Assembly (NCBI GenBank): GCA_051003195.1
Contig: JBPCLP010000013.1
Location: 64,001 to 128,000, forward strand
Direction: 5' to 3'
DNA length: 64,000 nt
From: Candidatus Sumerlaeaceae bacterium
GTDB taxonomy: Bacteria; Sumerlaeota; Sumerlaeia; Sumerlaeales; Sumerlaeaceae
The translations under genes and the position numbers were made by a program. The notes under the pieces are model-generated. The model was not told where the DNA came from. It searched no databases and was given only the letters and a program-made list of their open reading frames with translations. This document shows, one piece after another, positions 30,192-39,544 of the stretch (the stretch's first letter is position 1; the number at the start of each line of letters is the position of its first letter).

Positions 30192-30659
30192 ATGCTCCAA
30201 ACGATAGCCGGCAATCGTCAGTACACGCTGGCTGAAGTGCTCGGGCGCGGACGTTCAGAGATGATCGCTGACGCGGTGCACGATGCGGAATCGTGTACCA
30301 GCGGCGAGATTGTCGTGCAAATTGAGCAGGAACTGCCGCCAGGAGTTAGCGCGCGAGATGCCGCAGTCGCCCAGTTTCAACGGCAGGGGATCGCAAATAC
30401 CAAACTGAACAATGGCATACTGCTGTTTATCGCGCTCGACGAGCGAAAGATCGAGCTTGTGGCAGACAGCGGCATTTCCAGTAGGATCGGACAGGAACAG
30501 TGGGATTTCGTCGTGCAGATAATCAGCCTTGGATTTCGCACGGGTTTTCCGGCGGAGAGCATTGTGATGGCGCTCGCCGCAATGGGCGACCTGCTGGGCT
30601 GCCATTTCCCGTGGCAGCCAGGCGACGTGAACGAACTGCCCGATAGTCCGAACCGATGA
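30192..30659 (+). CDS. TPM-domain protein (short)
   Basis: AE..TSGEI.V, NGILLFIA, ADSGI and NELPD; follows lemA. Confidence 0.88.
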   Translation: MLQTIAGNRQYTLAEVLGRGRSEMIADAVHDAESCTSGEIVVQIEQELPPGVSARDAAVAQFQRQGIANTKLNNGILLFIALDERKIELVADSGISSRIGQEQWDFVVQIISLGFRTGFPAESIVMALAAMGDLLGCHFPWQPGDVNELPDSPNR

Positions 30660-31444
30660 TCCTTTTGGCCAGCCGCTGCAGCACCGTTCGGATCATTTGC
30701 CTGGTGGCTCTAATGCTGTCGGCGATAACCGCCACAGCCCTGGACGTGCCGCCTTTCAATCCCGAGCACAAAGAAGTAACGGACCTCACCGGGACTCTGA
30801 AGCCGGCAGAAGTAAGCGCGCTGGTGAGCAAGATACAGGCGGTCCAGGCGAGCGACGGTACACAGATTTCCGTCCTGCTTATACCAACCCTGGACGGTGA
30901 TGAGATCTTCGACTTCACGCAACGAGTGGCCACCACCTGGAAAATTGGCCAGAGCAAAATCGACAACGGCGTTCTGTTTCTCATCGTGAAGAACGACAAA
31001 AAGGCCCGTATCCATGTTGGCTATGGGCTTGAAGGGCGGCTGACCGACGCATTGAGCAAACGCATTCTGCTGAACGAGGTGCAGCCGGAGTTCCGCTCTG
31101 GTCGCTTTTACCAGGGAATCGATCGCGCTGTCACTGCCATCATCCAGGCAGTGAAGGGCGAGTATACCGCGCCCGCGAAAAAGAGCACCGGAAAGAGCAG
31201 CGACGCCGGCTTCTGGGTCATGCTGGCCATTCTTGCGTTCTTGTGGATGAGCGGAATGCGCATGTCACGTCGGGGTTCCCGCCGCAGGCGGCGCGCATAC
31301 GGCGGCTTTTACTTTCCGACGTTGGGCAGCGGCGGCGGTGGCGGCTGGAGCAGTGGAGGCGGCGGTGGCTGGAGCAGCGGGGGTGGTGGCGGAGGCTTCG
31401 GCGGCGGCGATTTCGGTGGAGGCGGCGCCAGTGGCGACTGGTGA
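30656..31444 (+). CDS. TPM-domain (YgcG-like) membrane protein with Gly-rich tail
   Basis: VTDLTGTL, WKIG...DNGVL, VGYGLEG.LTD and the GGGDFGGGGASGDW terminus. Confidence 0.92.
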   Translation: MILLASRCSTVRIICLVALMLSAITATALDVPPFNPEHKEVTDLTGTLKPAEVSALVSKIQAVQASDGTQISVLLIPTLDGDEIFDFTQRVATTWKIGQSKIDNGVLFLIVKNDKKARIHVGYGLEGRLTDALSKRILLNEVQPEFRSGRFYQGIDRAVTAIIQAVKGEYTAPAKKSTGKSSDAGFWVMLAILAFLWMSGMRMSRRGSRRRRRAYGGFYFPTLGSGGGGGWSSGGGGGWSSGGGGGGFGGGDFGGGGASGDW

Positions 31445-31478
31445 ATGCGTGCCCATGCCCCCCGGCAGGGTCACACTT

Positions 31479-32813
31479 CTATTGCAGTTTACTCGCCATG
31501 TTCAGGCACTCGATCGCAGCCTGACGTATGATCGACAGTTTCTGTAAATCGCTGATCTCTGGATGAATGTACGGGTTGCGAAAGTGCTGCAGGCTCACAA
31601 GCAATTCCGCAAATCGTATGACTTCTGCCTCGGTGTCCAGACCCTTGAGACCCAGCGGGTTGTGAACTTTGACCGTACGCGCTTGTTTCTGCCATTGGTA
31701 GGTACGTCCAAACGCGATAATCATAATCCCCAGCGCCTTTAAGCCGTCCGGCTTATAGCGGCTCTGGTGTTCAAGAATGCGGCGCAGCGTCTGTTTAACG
31801 TTATCGATCGTGAAATCCATCTCCCTGCCACGCAACAACAGCAGCAGGTGCTGGTGGTAAAAAACGGAAAGACTCTGATTGTTGTTCTCCATCATCTCCA
31901 TAACAAGCATGGAGGTCTGCTCATGTGCCAGGAACCGCTGCAGGCGTTTCGCCATCCTCGCCTTCACTTCGTTCTCGACCGCGAAACAATACGAAAACCC
32001 AACGTTGCGCGAAAAGTCGATCGAGCCCGGGATTTTCTGCTGCTGGTCGTAAAGAAATTCTGCGATCCGCAGACTCTCTTTCGAATCCTCAGTGAACGTA
32101 TCATATGCCGGAATTTCGCGACGTAATTCCGTCTCAACGGCTTCGAGATTTTTAGGCTCGGCTGCAGTTGCCTGCGCGTCAGGTCGCGATTCCGTAGATT
32201 TATTCGCCAGGGCTTCTGCTTGCTTGCGTGCTTCTTCCTGGCCAGCGCGTTCGTTTATCTGGTCATATAGATCAAAGGCCTCGCGGCGCAGGTAGGGGTG
32301 CATCTCCGGCTGCGCGAGCAGCGACCTTAACTCCTCCACCGAAGTCTTTGGGTCCGCGTTTTCATCGGAGAGCAGTGTTCTGGCTCGCTGCACCACGGAG
32401 TCATACACGCGGTTTCGTTCCAATTCCGCCCTGCAGGTGTCGATTGCCTGGTAAAGGCGATCGATTTCATCCTCGATCCTGCTTTTGCTGAGCACAGCAC
32501 TCGCCCCGTACCGCTGCGCCAGCGCGCCTTCCTCGAAGGTGCCAACCGCGCTGATCATGATAATAGGTGTTAACGGGCTGGAAGTCTTGATCGACTTGAT
32601 CAGCTCCAGGCCCTCCGTCTCGGTACGCATTTGCAGGTCTGTGATCACGACATCCGGCGTAGTTTCATTGACCTTCTGCAGTGCTTCCTGTGTATCCTCC
32701 GCCTCTTCCACTGCGTAATTCTGCAGCAGCAGATTGCGCCGGAAAGCTTCGCGGTAGATACGATTGTCGTCTACGATCAGAACGCGCGCACTTGTGCCTG
32801 GACTCTCTGGCAT
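31479..32813 (-). CDS. Response regulator: REC domain + helical linker + putative HEPN-like output domain
   Basis: REC: LIVDDN, VITDLQM, MISA, LSK. C-terminal: AEFLY...IDFS...YCFAVENEVK and HFRNPYIH. Confidence 0.8.
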   Translation of the reverse strand: MPESPGTSARVLIVDDNRIYREAFRRNLLLQNYAVEEAEDTQEALQKVNETTPDVVITDLQMRTETEGLELIKSIKTSSPLTPIIMISAVGTFEEGALAQRYGASAVLSKSRIEDEIDRLYQAIDTCRAELERNRVYDSVVQRARTLLSDENADPKTSVEELRSLLAQPEMHPYLRREAFDLYDQINERAGQEEARKQAEALANKSTESRPDAQATAAEPKNLEAVETELRREIPAYDTFTEDSKESLRIAEFLYDQQQKIPGSIDFSRNVGFSYCFAVENEVKARMAKRLQRFLAHEQTSMLVMEMMENNNQSLSVFYHQHLLLLLRGREMDFTIDNVKQTLRRILEHQSRYKPDGLKALGIMIIAFGRTYQWQKQARTVKVHNPLGLKGLDTEAEVIRFAELLVSLQHFRNPYIHPEISDLQKLSIIRQAAIECLNMASKLQ

Positions 32814-32914
32814 CTAAACCGTATCTCTATTGGCACAAATCATAGCTAATCAAAGTGCCAGCTGTTTGCCGATTGCGACTACAAAATAACAGCAAGCAAT
32901 CGCGCCGCACCCTT

Positions 32915-34873
32915 TCACCCAACTTTGGCCTCCGAACGCTCCATGCTACGCAACAGCAGGGTGAATCGCGCACCGCCTTCAGGCAGGTTTTCCGCCACTA
33001 CACCACCATCATGAAAGTCCGTCATAATCGTGTGCACCCAGCTTAACCCCAGCCCTTCACTCGACTCGCTCTTCGTCGAATAACCGTATTCGAAAATAGC
33101 CTGCAGTTCCGCAGGAGCAAGCAGCCGGTTTTCGCTGTCGCGGATACCCGGTCCATTATCTTCGACGTCAATCCGATAGAGCTGTGCCGCAGAATCGAAC
33201 CTCGTACGCACGATGACGACCGCCTGGGGGTTCTCAACCGCCGACGCCCTGCGAAGTGCGTCCAGCGCATTGGTCAGCACGTTGAATAACGCCAGCTTCA
33301 ACAATCGCGGCTCTATAATCGGCGCTGGCATTTGCGTGTCCAATTCGCGCCGTATGGAAACTCGCGCCGACACCGCCGGTTCAAATGCCGCCAGGAATTC
33401 CTCGATGACCGACTTCAGGTCGCGCCGTTCAAATTGCGGTCGTTTGACGTTGCTGAATGAGCGGTAAATGTTCACGATTTCCTGCAGGAACCTTGTGTTC
33501 TCTAACAGGCCGTGGATTGCCTGGCGCAGGAGTTCGCCTCTGGCTGTGTCGGGCTCCTGCGAAGGCGCATCCAGCAAACGCCGAACCGCCATCAGATCCA
33601 GTTTGCTCGTCGCGATGATGTTCGTGAGATCGTGCCCCAGGTTGCGCGACAGTACGATATTAGCTTCGCTGCGCTGGCGGAAGATGCCCTGACGGTACGC
33701 CTTATACGCCAGAAAACCGCGGCGAATTACGATACATGCCCGTCGCAGGCCCTCAGCCCGATTTTTCATACCCGGTAATTCCTGGTCTAACATTCCTGTG
33801 ATCAGCAGAAAGCTGCCTGTCGAAAGCGGAGCGAAATAGGTGAAACCCGCGCCTGACGAGTTATGCTCGAACTGCCCGTCTTCCTCAACCGACTGGAGCT
33901 TCTGGGAAGACAGAAATGGTTTTATTTGCGTCAGCAGTTCCGCATCCTTTACCGGCTCTGTTTGCGCAACGGGAGAAAAACTCTCAGTCACAGCAGATTG
34001 CTCATCCGAAATGGCGATTTCGGCGGCAGCAATTCTGCCCACGCCGAAAGCTTCCGCGGCAATCCGTAGCGCCTCCGCTACCGCCGCTGCGCGATCTTCC
34101 GCCTGCCCCTCTACGTCCGGGCGTGTGGGCGCGCTTAGTTTCTCTTCGATGAGGTGCAGCAGCGCCCGCGTCGCGAGCTGGTTGTATGCCGACTCTAGGT
34201 GCGCCCGCGCTTTAAGGATCAATCGCGGTGGGGTCTCGCGCGAGCGTTCGAGGTGCCGCGTTACATTTCGCACCGGCCGCAGCAGGTTCTGGTAAAGGAA
34301 CGCGTACACCGCGGCCCACAATGCCACAATCAAAAAGGCAAGCCACCGGAACCGGCTCGTGAGCTGCTCAATCGGCGGGTAATTTGACGGGGAAGTATAG
34401 TAGCCTATGAGCAGGCCCCGCTGCGAGGATTGGGGATCACTGACACCCTGTGAAATGCGGCCTGTAAAATCACGCAGAAACAGGCTGTTGTGCCACGTAT
34501 TGAAACGGTTTACTTTCGCTGAGTTGTCCGCTTGCGCCACGATTACGTCCGTTGCGTCACGTAGCTCCATTCGAAACATGCTGGACGGACCAGTGACAAT
34601 CCCACCCAGAGTTTTTTGCAGGCTCGCCAGCGCTGCCACGCGCTCTGCGGGTGTGGTGCCAAACAAGGCCGCATTTGCGGTCGTATTAATATCCGGCAGA
34701 TCGAAAATACGGTAATAGTTGTACCGAATGATCTCAAGCTTTTTGCTGGTATAAACCTGCCGATCGAGAACATACAACACCATCAACAGGGTCAGGAAGT
34801 ACATGACCGTGCCCGTCGCCACGATGCCGATCGGGCGCATTACCCGCCGAGCTTTGGTTGTTGAATCCGCCAT
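32915..34873 (-). CDS. Membrane sensor histidine kinase
   Basis: Two TM segments around a periplasmic domain; H-box LGHDLTN, N-box FNVLTNALDA, G1 EDNGPGI, F-box IFEYGYSTK, G2 GLGLS. Confidence 0.9.
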   Translation of the reverse strand: MADSTTKARRVMRPIGIVATGTVMYFLTLLMVLYVLDRQVYTSKKLEIIRYNYYRIFDLPDINTTANAALFGTTPAERVAALASLQKTLGGIVTGPSSMFRMELRDATDVIVAQADNSAKVNRFNTWHNSLFLRDFTGRISQGVSDPQSSQRGLLIGYYTSPSNYPPIEQLTSRFRWLAFLIVALWAAVYAFLYQNLLRPVRNVTRHLERSRETPPRLILKARAHLESAYNQLATRALLHLIEEKLSAPTRPDVEGQAEDRAAAVAEALRIAAEAFGVGRIAAAEIAISDEQSAVTESFSPVAQTEPVKDAELLTQIKPFLSSQKLQSVEEDGQFEHNSSGAGFTYFAPLSTGSFLLITGMLDQELPGMKNRAEGLRRACIVIRRGFLAYKAYRQGIFRQRSEANIVLSRNLGHDLTNIIATSKLDLMAVRRLLDAPSQEPDTARGELLRQAIHGLLENTRFLQEIVNIYRSFSNVKRPQFERRDLKSVIEEFLAAFEPAVSARVSIRRELDTQMPAPIIEPRLLKLALFNVLTNALDALRRASAVENPQAVVIVRTRFDSAAQLYRIDVEDNGPGIRDSENRLLAPAELQAIFEYGYSTKSESSEGLGLSWVHTIMTDFHDGGVVAENLPEGGARFTLLLRSMERSEAKVG

Positions 34874-34927
34874 TTGAAGTGAATGCCTTACGAGCCTTAC
34901 TTAAACCATTCTAGAGAATTGGTGGGA

Positions 34928-35407
34928 ATGGAAGAAACATTCTTCGAGATGCTGGAGCGCACCCAGGCGGTGGATCGGCTGCTGTTCTGGCTGGCCGTGC
35001 TTTCTCCACCGCTGATCGCCGCTGTGGCTGCATTGCTGCGGCACAAGCCGGCTGTCACCCGGCACCGTCACCGGTGGGTACTCGCCTGCCTCGTCTGGCC
35101 CGCGGTGCTTGTTCTTTGGAAGGTGTACAATGCTGTTGTCGACCGTTTTGGCCTGGATAGCATCCTCGGGCTCTTTGTAAATGTTGGGGTCTTCGCTGCC
35201 GCGGCAATGCTCGCCACGGGCGTCCGCCTGGTTTTGCGGGCTGCTTTGCGCGACCATGGCCCTGTCGAATCCACCCCGATAGGGCAGGTGCAGACAGCTC
35301 CGGAATTCCGTCCATACAAACCCGCTTTCATCCCGCCGGACGCAGACCGCGAATATAGCACAAAAATCGCATCCGGGGAAAACATTGCCCCGCAGGCGAA
35401 GGAGTAA
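34928..35407 (+). CDS. Hypothetical membrane protein (3 TM)
   Basis: Three hydrophobic segments; first gene of a + strand run leading to folP. Confidence 0.7.
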   Translation: MEETFFEMLERTQAVDRLLFWLAVLSPPLIAAVAALLRHKPAVTRHRHRWVLACLVWPAVLVLWKVYNAVVDRFGLDSILGLFVNVGVFAAAAMLATGVRLVLRAALRDHGPVESTPIGQVQTAPEFRPYKPAFIPPDADREYSTKIASGENIAPQAKE

Positions 35408-35416
35408 CATTAGAAC

Positions 35417-36460
35417 ATGAAATGGAATCGTAAGCGCGTCGCTCTACCCTGGCTTTACGCAATCGCACTTCCAATCCTGCTGGTCGGTTCCATCGCAACG
35501 GCCGCAGAGCGCAGCGGAAGATTCGAGGATGTCGAGCTGCGAATCTCGCTCAGTCCTACCGAGATCATGGTCGGCCAGCCGGTTGTCCTGCAACTCACGA
35601 TGAGCAACAAAGCGACCGAAAGCGGCGGTATACCCGTTTTCTCTGCGCGTCTGCAATTGCCCGAAGGAAACGATCTCGACATTTTTGTGCAGGCGCCTGG
35701 CGAATCCGAAACGCGACTCGAAGGCGCGCTTGAATCCGGGCTGTATTCCGGAAGTGCCATCGAAGTGCCGCCGGGTAGAACCATCAAGCATGAGATGAAC
35801 CTCATTTACGATAAAGCCCAGCCGAATGGATATATCTTCAGCAAGCCGGGCGAGTATATGATGCGGGCACAGGTTCGCTTTTCTCTCAGCACAAACCCCG
35901 AGCCGCGTAAGCTGGCGCTTTCAGGTGTGAAAATTACGGTGCGTGCGCCGGAGGGGCCTGCTGCGGAAGCCTGGAAATTGATCAACAATCCGGAGGCGGC
36001 CAGGGCGTTGCAACTGGGCAAACTACCCAATGACGATATCCGCCAGAAATTCGCCGAAGTGGGTGATAAGTTCCCGACCACTCCTTACGGCAAAACATGT
36101 GCGCGTGTAGTGGCTGTCAGTACCGCGTTTGGTCCCAAGGCCGATATGAGGCAGGCGCTTCCGTTACTGCTGAAATACGAGAAAACGTATCGTAAAGAAA
36201 CCGACTCGGATCTGATCGCGTACACCATTGCAGGGGCCCACCATGTGCAACAGGAGTACGACCTCGCGCGCGAGTGGATGTACTACATGATCGACCAGTA
36301 CCCGCAATCCACGCTGCTGCGCAAACAGGACCCTCTCTACAAATACTATTGCCTCGACCCCGCTGAGGCACTGCTGACCTTCCCATGGTACCTGACAGAG
36401 AAGCCGTGGATTGTCCCGGGCAGCAAGCCGCCTACCAGTTTGCGTCCCATACAGGATTGA
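35417..36460 (+). CDS. Exported hypothetical protein (beta-sandwich N-terminus, TPR-like C-terminus)
   Basis: Signal peptide; FSKPGEY.M.A strand motif; helical C-terminus with DQYPQS; stop overlaps the folP start. Confidence 0.7.
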   Translation: MKWNRKRVALPWLYAIALPILLVGSIATAAERSGRFEDVELRISLSPTEIMVGQPVVLQLTMSNKATESGGIPVFSARLQLPEGNDLDIFVQAPGESETRLEGALESGLYSGSAIEVPPGRTIKHEMNLIYDKAQPNGYIFSKPGEYMMRAQVRFSLSTNPEPRKLALSGVKITVRAPEGPAAEAWKLINNPEAARALQLGKLPNDDIRQKFAEVGDKFPTTPYGKTCARVVAVSTAFGPKADMRQALPLLLKYEKTYRKETDSDLIAYTIAGAHHVQQEYDLAREWMYYMIDQYPQSTLLRKQDPLYKYYCLDPAEALLTFPWYLTEKPWIVPGSKPPTSLRPIQD

Positions 36461-37335
36461 TGACCACCTCGCCTGGACCTGCCGGATCGCAGGTTTGGAG
36501 AGTGAGCGGCCGCGAATTCAACTTGAGCCGCCGCACTGCCGTGATGGGAATCGTAAATGTAACTCCCGACTCCTTCAGTGATGGCGGGCAATTAGGTAAC
36601 GTCGCCCTCGCAACCGAAAGAGCGCTGCAGCTTCTAAGCGACGGTGCCGACATCATTGATATCGGCGGCGAAAGCACGCGACCCGGGCGACCCGAAACCG
36701 TCACCGTAACCGAGGAGCTGGATCGCGTACTTCCCGTCGTGGAAGCACTCCGTAGCCAGGCACCCGATGCGGTTATCTCGGTCGACACGTATAAAGGAGA
36801 AGTCGCAAAGCAGGTGCTCGCCGCCGGCGCACATATTATCAACGACATCACGTCACTGCGCCGCTCTCCCGAAATAGCCGGATATGTGCGCGATGCAGGG
36901 GCCGGGCTCATCCTTATGCACATGCTCGGTGAACCGGAAACCATGCAGCAGAATCCCACCTGCTGCGACGTGTTGGTCGATATCCGAAACTTTCTGCGGG
37001 AAAGAATCCAGTTCGCCACGGCAGAAGGTGTGCCCGAAACCGCAATAGCGGTCGATCCGGGTATCGGCTTTGGTAAAACGATTGACCACAACGTCGAGAT
37101 TCTCGCCGGCCTGGAATACATGCGGCTCCTCCAGCGGCCGATCTGCATAGGCGCATCCCGCAAGGGATTCCTCGGCAAACTGACCGGCGATCTGCCTGTC
37201 GCCGATCGCGAGGAAGCAACCATTGCCGCCCATATGGCAGGTGTATTACATGGCGCTTCCATCATCCGCACCCACGATGTGGCCAAAGCGCGTCGCTCGC
37301 TGGCAATCATTGACGCAATTAGATCTCGACTGTAA
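36460..37335 (+). CDS. folP: Dihydropteroate synthase
   Basis: MGIVNVTPDSFSDGG, IDIGGESTRPG, DPGIGFGK, GASRKGF and IRTHDV. Confidence 0.97.
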   Translation: MTTSPGPAGSQVWRVSGREFNLSRRTAVMGIVNVTPDSFSDGGQLGNVALATERALQLLSDGADIIDIGGESTRPGRPETVTVTEELDRVLPVVEALRSQAPDAVISVDTYKGEVAKQVLAAGAHIINDITSLRRSPEIAGYVRDAGAGLILMHMLGEPETMQQNPTCCDVLVDIRNFLRERIQFATAEGVPETAIAVDPGIGFGKTIDHNVEILAGLEYMRLLQRPICIGASRKGFLGKLTGDLPVADREEATIAAHMAGVLHGASIIRTHDVAKARRSLAIIDAIRSRL

Positions 37336-37356
37336 CGGTGGGAAATTCCCGCTGGA

Positions 37357-38556
37357 TCAGGGCTGAGCCCCGGGCGACATGGCGGTGATCGACGTGCCGA
37401 TGTCGCGCCGCAGGAAGCTTCCCGGGATCACGATGCCAGAGACGATTTCCGCCAGCGCGTAGTGGAGCTGATAGTAGTTGCTGGGGCGCAGAAAACCCGT
37501 AATGCGAATCTTCCCTGTCGGACGTCCGCTGTGTAGATGCGCAAGATTCAGCAGCCGGGATTCCTCCGCGGTCAGACCTGGAAATACAGTCTGTTGCGGA
37601 GCATGGGTTGGAGTATTAGCCGGTTCTCTTAACTCCCGGGGTATGGATGGGCTTGGGATTGGCATTGCGATCGGTGCAGCAGGTGCGTTTCCCCCCGCCA
37701 GACCCGAATTCTCATAAGCAGGCGGGTAGGAGCGAAGCAGGAGCCTCCACTGCGAACGCGAATGTGAATGGATGGTCGCACTCGTGGCTTTAGTGTTCCT
37801 GTAGCGCGCGTACACCTGCGAGCCGATAAGATGGTCGTCCTCCTCGCGGTGACCGTGTGCCGGATACCCGCTCGGATGTGATCCCAGGTGACCGTGCGCA
37901 AAGACGGTCAATGCGCTCCCGGTCGAGACCGTTTCCGGGCCGACACTCAACAAAACGCGCTTTCCCACCACCTCGGTCACTTCGGCAAAATAGAGTTGCA
38001 GCGCAGCCAGGATTTCTGGTGCAGCGCGGTGTCCCAGAAGTTCTGGTCTTGTGGCAGGACCCTGCATTTCAAATCCCGCGATTCGATGATTGAGGATGAA
38101 ATCCCAAAGTTCGAGCCTGGCATGAAGAAGAGGCGAAACTCCATTCGATGTAGCCGCATCCTCATGCCGGAGCTCTCCCACTATGGCATAGGTGATCATT
38201 TCATGCATGTTGAGCAAACTAACCCACGAAGTGCTGTAATCGCCGGTCCATGTAGGGCCCGCAGTTCCCAGGCATGCCAGCGCGGATGATGTAGCCGCTT
38301 CCCGGGTGAGCATCTCGATTCCCCAGACGTCGTGGGCTTTCATCAGCCGATCAATTTCCAGGTGGAGCGCGTCGGCAAGGCCGGCAGCGGCCGTGGGCAG
38401 GCTGGACGAATTCGCTTCAGTCGTTTGGGACGTTGCAGGATCGAATACCGTCAGGAGCGCAACCCCGGCGCCCGCCCACGTGGATTGCGACCCCATGGCG
38501 CAGAGCAGCAAAAAAAGAACCTCGAGCAAATTGCAGCGGCGGCCGTTATGGAACAC
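37357..38556 (-). CDS. Exported hypothetical protein
   Basis: 399-aa ORF with signal-like N-terminus, overlapping the upstream gene's stop; family not recognised. Confidence 0.55.
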   Translation of the reverse strand: MFHNGRRCNLLEVLFLLLCAMGSQSTWAGAGVALLTVFDPATSQTTEANSSSLPTAAAGLADALHLEIDRLMKAHDVWGIEMLTREAATSSALACLGTAGPTWTGDYSTSWVSLLNMHEMITYAIVGELRHEDAATSNGVSPLLHARLELWDFILNHRIAGFEMQGPATRPELLGHRAAPEILAALQLYFAEVTEVVGKRVLLSVGPETVSTGSALTVFAHGHLGSHPSGYPAHGHREEDDHLIGSQVYARYRNTKATSATIHSHSRSQWRLLLRSYPPAYENSGLAGGNAPAAPIAMPIPSPSIPRELREPANTPTHAPQQTVFPGLTAEESRLLNLAHLHSGRPTGKIRITGFLRPSNYYQLHYALAEIVSGIVIPGSFLRRDIGTSITAMSPGAQP

Positions 38557-39457
38557 GAAGTTTCACCTCAGAAGGAGCGGTCAATGTCACTGGCTTTCCA
38601 TCCAGTTCCAAATAGGTCTTTCCAGCTTCCGCTGTTCTGCCAACGGACAGCGGCTCCAGGTACGTGGCTCCTTTGTTCTTGGCGCGAAAAACAATCGTGC
38701 CGAATACAGCTTTCGATGAGGCTGCACCTGAGGCATGTTTCACGCGCAGACGCAGCGTAGCGTGTGAGGGCCCGCGCGGGCGAACCTGCTCGTCCACAAG
38801 CTTTGTTCCACTGGTAAGCTCAAACCGCTCGTACTGAAGCATTGAGGGATCATACCCAACTGCTATGCCGAGCACCCGCGTCACGGCTTCCGCGCTGCTT
38901 AACTGCACACGTACTCCAAGCTCGCTTCCCGCAGAGGATGCTGGCGGATCCAGTAGCAGGCGGGCTGCGCCGTGCAGCGTTGCGTCGGGTTCCAGGAACA
39001 CGGTAATCTTCTCACGCACCAGCCGAATGTACTCGGCAAGTTCTTGCCATCGTTGTTCTGCTTGCAGCATCTGCTCCGTTGAGAGGTAGCTTTTGCCGGT
39101 CTCACCGTAGTAGCCTTGTGCCGGGTCGATCTTTTTGATATAAATACGGCCTCCAGCATCGATGAAGAGAGTCTCTTCGCCCTTTTTGGCGACATATTCG
39201 TCCTCGATCTCCGAAAGCCGAATGCCCCAGTACTCCTCCATTTCCGGGGTGAACTCCGCGCGCGGAATGCGCCTTTCATTCGGCTGAAGGGGATTGGCAT
39301 CAGGCATCTCGCCAACCGGCGCGGAGAGCGGCCCGGTGGTCGCAGATTGGGCGCGGGCAATGGCCGGAGCAATGAAAAATGCCGCAATCATCAACGCCAT
39401 GACGGCAAGGCTTCCTCGTGATGACGTCATATATTCGCGATCGGGCGTGTTAACCAC
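38546..39457 (-). CDS. Exported protein with C-terminal cohesin-like beta-sandwich
   Basis: Signal peptide; V.V.L...GIAVGYDP..L.Y and GTIVFRAK..G pattern typical of cohesin-like domains. The start may be ATG 39430. Confidence 0.65.
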   Translation of the reverse strand: MVNTPDREYMTSSRGSLAVMALMIAAFFIAPAIARAQSATTGPLSAPVGEMPDANPLQPNERRIPRAEFTPEMEEYWGIRLSEIEDEYVAKKGEETLFIDAGGRIYIKKIDPAQGYYGETGKSYLSTEQMLQAEQRWQELAEYIRLVREKITVFLEPDATLHGAARLLLDPPASSAGSELGVRVQLSSAEAVTRVLGIAVGYDPSMLQYERFELTSGTKLVDEQVRPRGPSHATLRLRVKHASGAASSKAVFGTIVFRAKNKGATYLEPLSVGRTAEAGKTYLELDGKPVTLTAPSEVKLRVP

Positions 39458-39464
39458 AATACAG

Positions 39465-39494
39465 AAAAAGGAGCGGGGTTTATGCCCCGCTCCT
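39465..39494 (-). terminator. Rho-independent terminator
   Basis: Perfect 10-bp stem AGGAGCGGGG/CCCCGCTCCT with a U-tract on the minus strand, ~50 nt after the 39545 stop. Confidence 0.8.
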
Positions 39495-39544
39495 GTGAAA
39501 CAGGTGGATCACCCGCCCATTGATTCGCTTGAACGGGAACCGGC

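Noticed and set aside
29389..31444. lemA-TPM-TPM cluster as a novel system
   Set aside because: This is a widespread, well-known gene trio; the Gly-rich tail is normal for the YgcG family.
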